Assembly (NCBI GenBank): GCA_019828565.1
Contig: JAHDYR010000012.1
Location: 1,669,780-1,733,779, forward strand
Reading direction: 5' to 3'
Length of the DNA: 64,000 bases
Origin: Carpediemonas membranifera BICM
Taxonomy: Eukaryota > Protista > Fornicata
This document shows, piece after piece, positions 60,195-64,000 of this stretch. The translations under genes and the position numbers were made by a program. The notes beneath the pieces are model-generated. The model ran no database searches. It had not been told where the DNA came from and saw only the letters and a program-made list of their open reading frames with translations. Numbering within the stretch: the stretch's first letter is position 1; every line of letters begins with the position of its first letter.

Positions 60195-63100
60195 TGTAGT
60201 CTCAGTAGACTTCCGGATGATCGGGGGTGTGCACTTTAATGATCGCTACATTCCCCTCCAGAGGCCGAACCGGCACTAACGACGAGGAGTGCGAGTGCGT
60301 GGACGCGAGTTCCTGCCCGGATGAGCGCTTTCGAAGCGCTTGCAGGCCTTGTCGAACTGCGGGTGAAGGTCGCGATACTTCAAGAGAGCATCAAGAGTGC
60401 GGACCTCACTCAGGGGCAGTTCGGAGTCTTCGTCCTGCTCAAACCCGAGCCAGCGGAGCATGCAGATCGGCTCGTGGGTCGTGGGGTGAGAGCGCCAGTC
60501 AACCACATGGTCGACTGTCTTCCAGGTGTTGTCGGACTCGAACATCTTACGAGCCTCATCGATGGAACCCGGGGGGTGCTGCAGCTTGGCGAGACGGTTG
60601 GCGTGTCTGACGATGATGACCCTGGTGGTGGGATTCTGGATCTCGTAGGTGCCGTTGCCGAGCTGGCGGATGACGTGGTACGGGCCTCTCATGGCGTACT
60701 CCATGCGTGGAATGGGCTTGTCTCGCTTGACGAGGACCCAGTTGCCAGGATGGAGCTCCTTGGACCCAATGACAGGATAGAGCTCGTCTTTCTTCCCCCT
60801 CCTGACGAGCTGCTGCTCTTGGATACGCGCAAGGACGGCGGCGGCCTGTTCTTGGGTCTCAGGAGTGACTGGTTCAGACGTGGACGGCTCAGCGCGCTTA
60901 ACCTGGTGGAAGGCCAGCGCGGCGGCTAGTGCGGCCTCCCTGGGTGTCTTATTGCCTAAGATTCGCGAAGGAGTCGCGTTAATGTTGACCTCCGCGGTCA
61001 TCACGGCGGAACGCCAGTGTGTGCGTGGAGAATCGAGGAGAGTGGACACTGCGATGCGCAAATGCTTGTTAACCTCGCGGTTAAATCTCTCCACCAGCCC
61101 ATTGGCCTCGTGGCGCTGTGGCGTGGTGATGTGGTGATGTATGCCGTATGTAGCGGTGAAACGATCGAACTCCGCGTTCTTAAACTGTCCGCCAGAGTCC
61201 GTCACGATGGTGTCGGGCGTAGCCCACCGCCCAATGATGTTGGTGCGGATGGCCTCGATTGTCTCTCTGGGAGTTAAAGTTTTCAGCGGAATGAGGTGGG
61301 TCAGATGAGTGGTGGAATCCACGCACGTCATGATGTACTCGTAGCCCTCGTCGGCCGGGGCGATGGGGCCCACCGAGTCGATGTAGAGAGTGGCTAGAGG
61401 TCGGGCTGGCGGTAAGCCTGCCGGGTTGTAGGCCACGTCTGGGACGGCGCGGTCGCGCTGGCACGTGATGCAGCCCTGGACGAAGCGCTGGACGTCAGGT
61501 CGGGAGCCGGGCCAGTCCAGACCAGCGACCTGGAGCAGATGGATGGACGTGTCCACCCCGGCGTGGTGACGCAGGTGGACAAAGAGGAAGCGCTCCCGCT
61601 TCTGCTCGTCCGTCAGTGAGCCTGACTCCGGGATCGACATAATCACCGGCAGACGGCTCAGTGCGTCCGCGGCTGAATTTGTCAGACCCGGGACATGGCA
61701 GATCTCGATGATCGGGAATCTAGCGAGTTCGAGCGCCCAGCGGACCACTTTCGGCGTCGCGCTGGTCACCATTGACACCAGACATGAGTTATCAGTGTGT
61801 AGTATCGTCGGGGTCCCTCCCAGGATGGAGTCGAACCGCTCGCATGTCGCGTAGACGGAGAACATCTCCTTCTCCACGATCTTCCAGTTGCGTTGAGTTG
61901 CGTCGAATCGACGCGAGAAAAAGGCCAGTGGGGCGCCGTCCTGGAGCAGAACAGCGCCGATCCCGATTGTTGACGCATCAGTGTAGAGGTCGATTGGTTT
62001 CGCGGGATCGAAGTGGGCCAGCTCGACGGCCTTCTTTGCAGTGTCGCGAAGTGCGGACAGTGCTGCCGAGGCGTCGGCCTTGGATACCGGCTCTCCACGC
62101 TTGAGGCGCTCGAGCGGATCAGCTAGGCGGATGAAATCAGGGATGTGACGGCGGATGAAGCCGAATATTCCGACAATATGGGCAGCCTCCTTCGCAGTTT
62201 GAGGCGTGCGGAGGGTGTCCAGGGAGGACAGGCGCTCCGGGTCGATGCGTACGCCGGTGCCAGATACAATCGCTCCCAGATAGCGGACCTCAAGAAGGCC
62301 GATGTGCGACTTGCGTGCCGAGAGGCGGACACGGTGGAGTCGGAGTGCCGTGAAGAGCTCCTTGAGCGCTTCGAGGAGGCTCTCTGCTCTCCCTGCGTAG
62401 CAGAGGAGGTCGTCGATGAACGCGAGGCACTTGAGGTTGTGACGCCGGCGGATGTCGTCCATACGGTGCTGGAACGCCATGGGACCGTTCATCAGTCCAA
62501 ATGGGAGGCGATTAAACACGTAGCGGCGACCCTCGTGCTCGAAGCCCGTGAGACGAGACGCCTCCGGGGTCAGTGGCATTTGGTGGAAACCAGATGTGAG
62601 ATCAAAAACGGCAAAGATCTCAGCGCCTCTGCACCGCTCGTACAGTTCTTCGGCCGTGGGCATGGTGTACACGAGGGGCTCCAGTGGCAGCGTTGAGCGG
62701 CCGGTAGTCGACAACTGGGCGGAAAGGCGGGTCTGCCGCCGGCTTGCTCGTCATAAAGACGGGAGATAGCCAGTCCAGGTGGTCGTCGGTCGTCGAGATG
62801 ATGTTGTTCTTTGTCATCTCCTTGATGAAGAAGTCCATGGCGTCCTTGTGCCCCTTCGACCTCATCGGGCGGACGATGGCGGACGGCTTGGCATCAGCAC
62901 GCAGCTGGATGTCATACGGAGCGATATCTGCGCCGTCTTGGTGGATAGGGTGAAAGACGTCTGCGAAACTGCGGACCAGCTCGTCGAAGTCGTCGGCCAG
63001 GTCCCCCAGGTTCTCTCGATGGACTGTGGGGAGCTCCTGCGAGCCAGACGCGGTGTACATCTGGGCGAGCTCATGGAAGTCTGCCGGCTCAAAGAGCGCG

Positions 63101-64000
63101 GGCGTATCAACAGGTGTTGCCTTGTTGTGGCCAAAGTCGAGGCCCACCGCGCGAAGCGCTACGGTGCCATACAGGACTGCTACGGGCAGGTCGTTGACAA
63201 TATAGGCGGTCAGCTCGGTCGAGGCTCGGACCGGAATGTCGAAGTATGGCTCTGAGATGATGGGAGTGAGCTGTGCTGTGCCCACATACTCGCCGTGGAC
63301 ATCTCTCCAGCCGTTGACAGGGCCTGAGGCTGGTTTCACCTCGAGGGAGAGGTAGGCGGCAGCATCCGGGCGCATCAATATGGGGTACTGTTCAGCACCT
63401 GTGTCGAGTGACACGACCAGTGGTGGGCCGTTCCGCTGCGTGCGCATCACTGCGCGATATCGGTTCGTCGGAGTATCCGGTAGGCTGTCCAATAGGGGCT
63501 CGGTTGCGACTCCCGGCACGTATGACATGGGCTTATCAGCATCACGAGCCTCCCGGTTGCGTGCAATGCCAGGGAGGGCGAGATTGCGCCTCTCGGCCTC
63601 CTTCTTGACCTCGGGCATGACTGTCTTGCCTTGCTTATCGCACACTCGGTAGTGGTCGGTCAACTGCTTATTCTTCAGCTTGCTCGGATCAACGCGGAGC
63701 TGTTTGACAATGTTGCAGTCTTTCGTCGGGTGTGCGGTCAGGTGGAACGCGCACTTTCCGCCCGTCGTTCTCGGCGGGGGTGGTGCGAGTACGGGGCCCG
63801 AGCTGGGTTGTCGCTCTGGGGCCGTGTCGGACGATACTGGTCGCAGCAGCGGCTCGATACGGATCAAATCCGCTTGCAGCGAGCCGAGGGCCTCCCGTGC
63901 CTCATCTAGCATGGCGGTGACAGGCTCTGCCGCCGTGACGCGGTTGATAGAGCCCTCGCCCACCAGATATGCTGTGGTCGTGGCGTTTGGGGAGGCGAGG
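60195..64000 (-). mobile_element. Element L: K-related Gypsy element, 56-bp 3' LTR (60195-60250); 5' end lies outside the window
   Basis: PPT GGAGGGGAA. ORFs 62620-63963 and 60276-62714 carry CAFHLTAHPTKDC, LDTGA, RT FIDD, integrase and chromodomain LRWLGFEQDEDS. Confidence 0.9.

Noticed and set aside
8803-60250. Short direct repeats as a CRISPR array or prophage att sites
   Set aside because: They occur as TG..CA pairs around gag-pol with a PPT and 4-bp TSDs, so they are LTRs. There are no cas genes and no regular spacing.

Overview
Eukaryotic DNA, most likely from a compact-genome protist (GC-rich, about 30-nt GT-AG introns, closely spaced genes). Bases ~2.7-7.0 kb carry four host genes: a C2H2 zinc-finger protein, a HAD phosphatase, an intron-containing Trm9/ALKBH8-like methyltransferase and an equilibrative nucleoside transporter. 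From ~7.5 kb to the end the window is an almost pure, deeply nested cluster of 13 chromodomain-bearing Ty3/Gypsy LTR retrotransposons or fragments (labelled R and A-L here), plus one IS630/Tc1-type DNA transposon. I resolved element ends by eye from LTR pairs, polypurine tracts (PPT) and 4-bp target-site duplications (TSD). Three unusual features stand out. (1) None of the 9 elements with a visible 5' LTR has a tRNA primer-binding site (PBS). Each instead has a different perfect 10-12 bp palindrome at the LTR end, followed within 4-15 nt by the gag ATG, which suggests a tRNA-independent priming or dimerisation system. (2) The LTRs are very short (51-125 bp). (3) One clade (B, D, H) carries an antisense accessory gene ending in a second, divergent chromodomain-like region (spliced in H), next to a conserved, covarying structured non-coding region. 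Mechanistic interpretations are inference; no database searches could be run.
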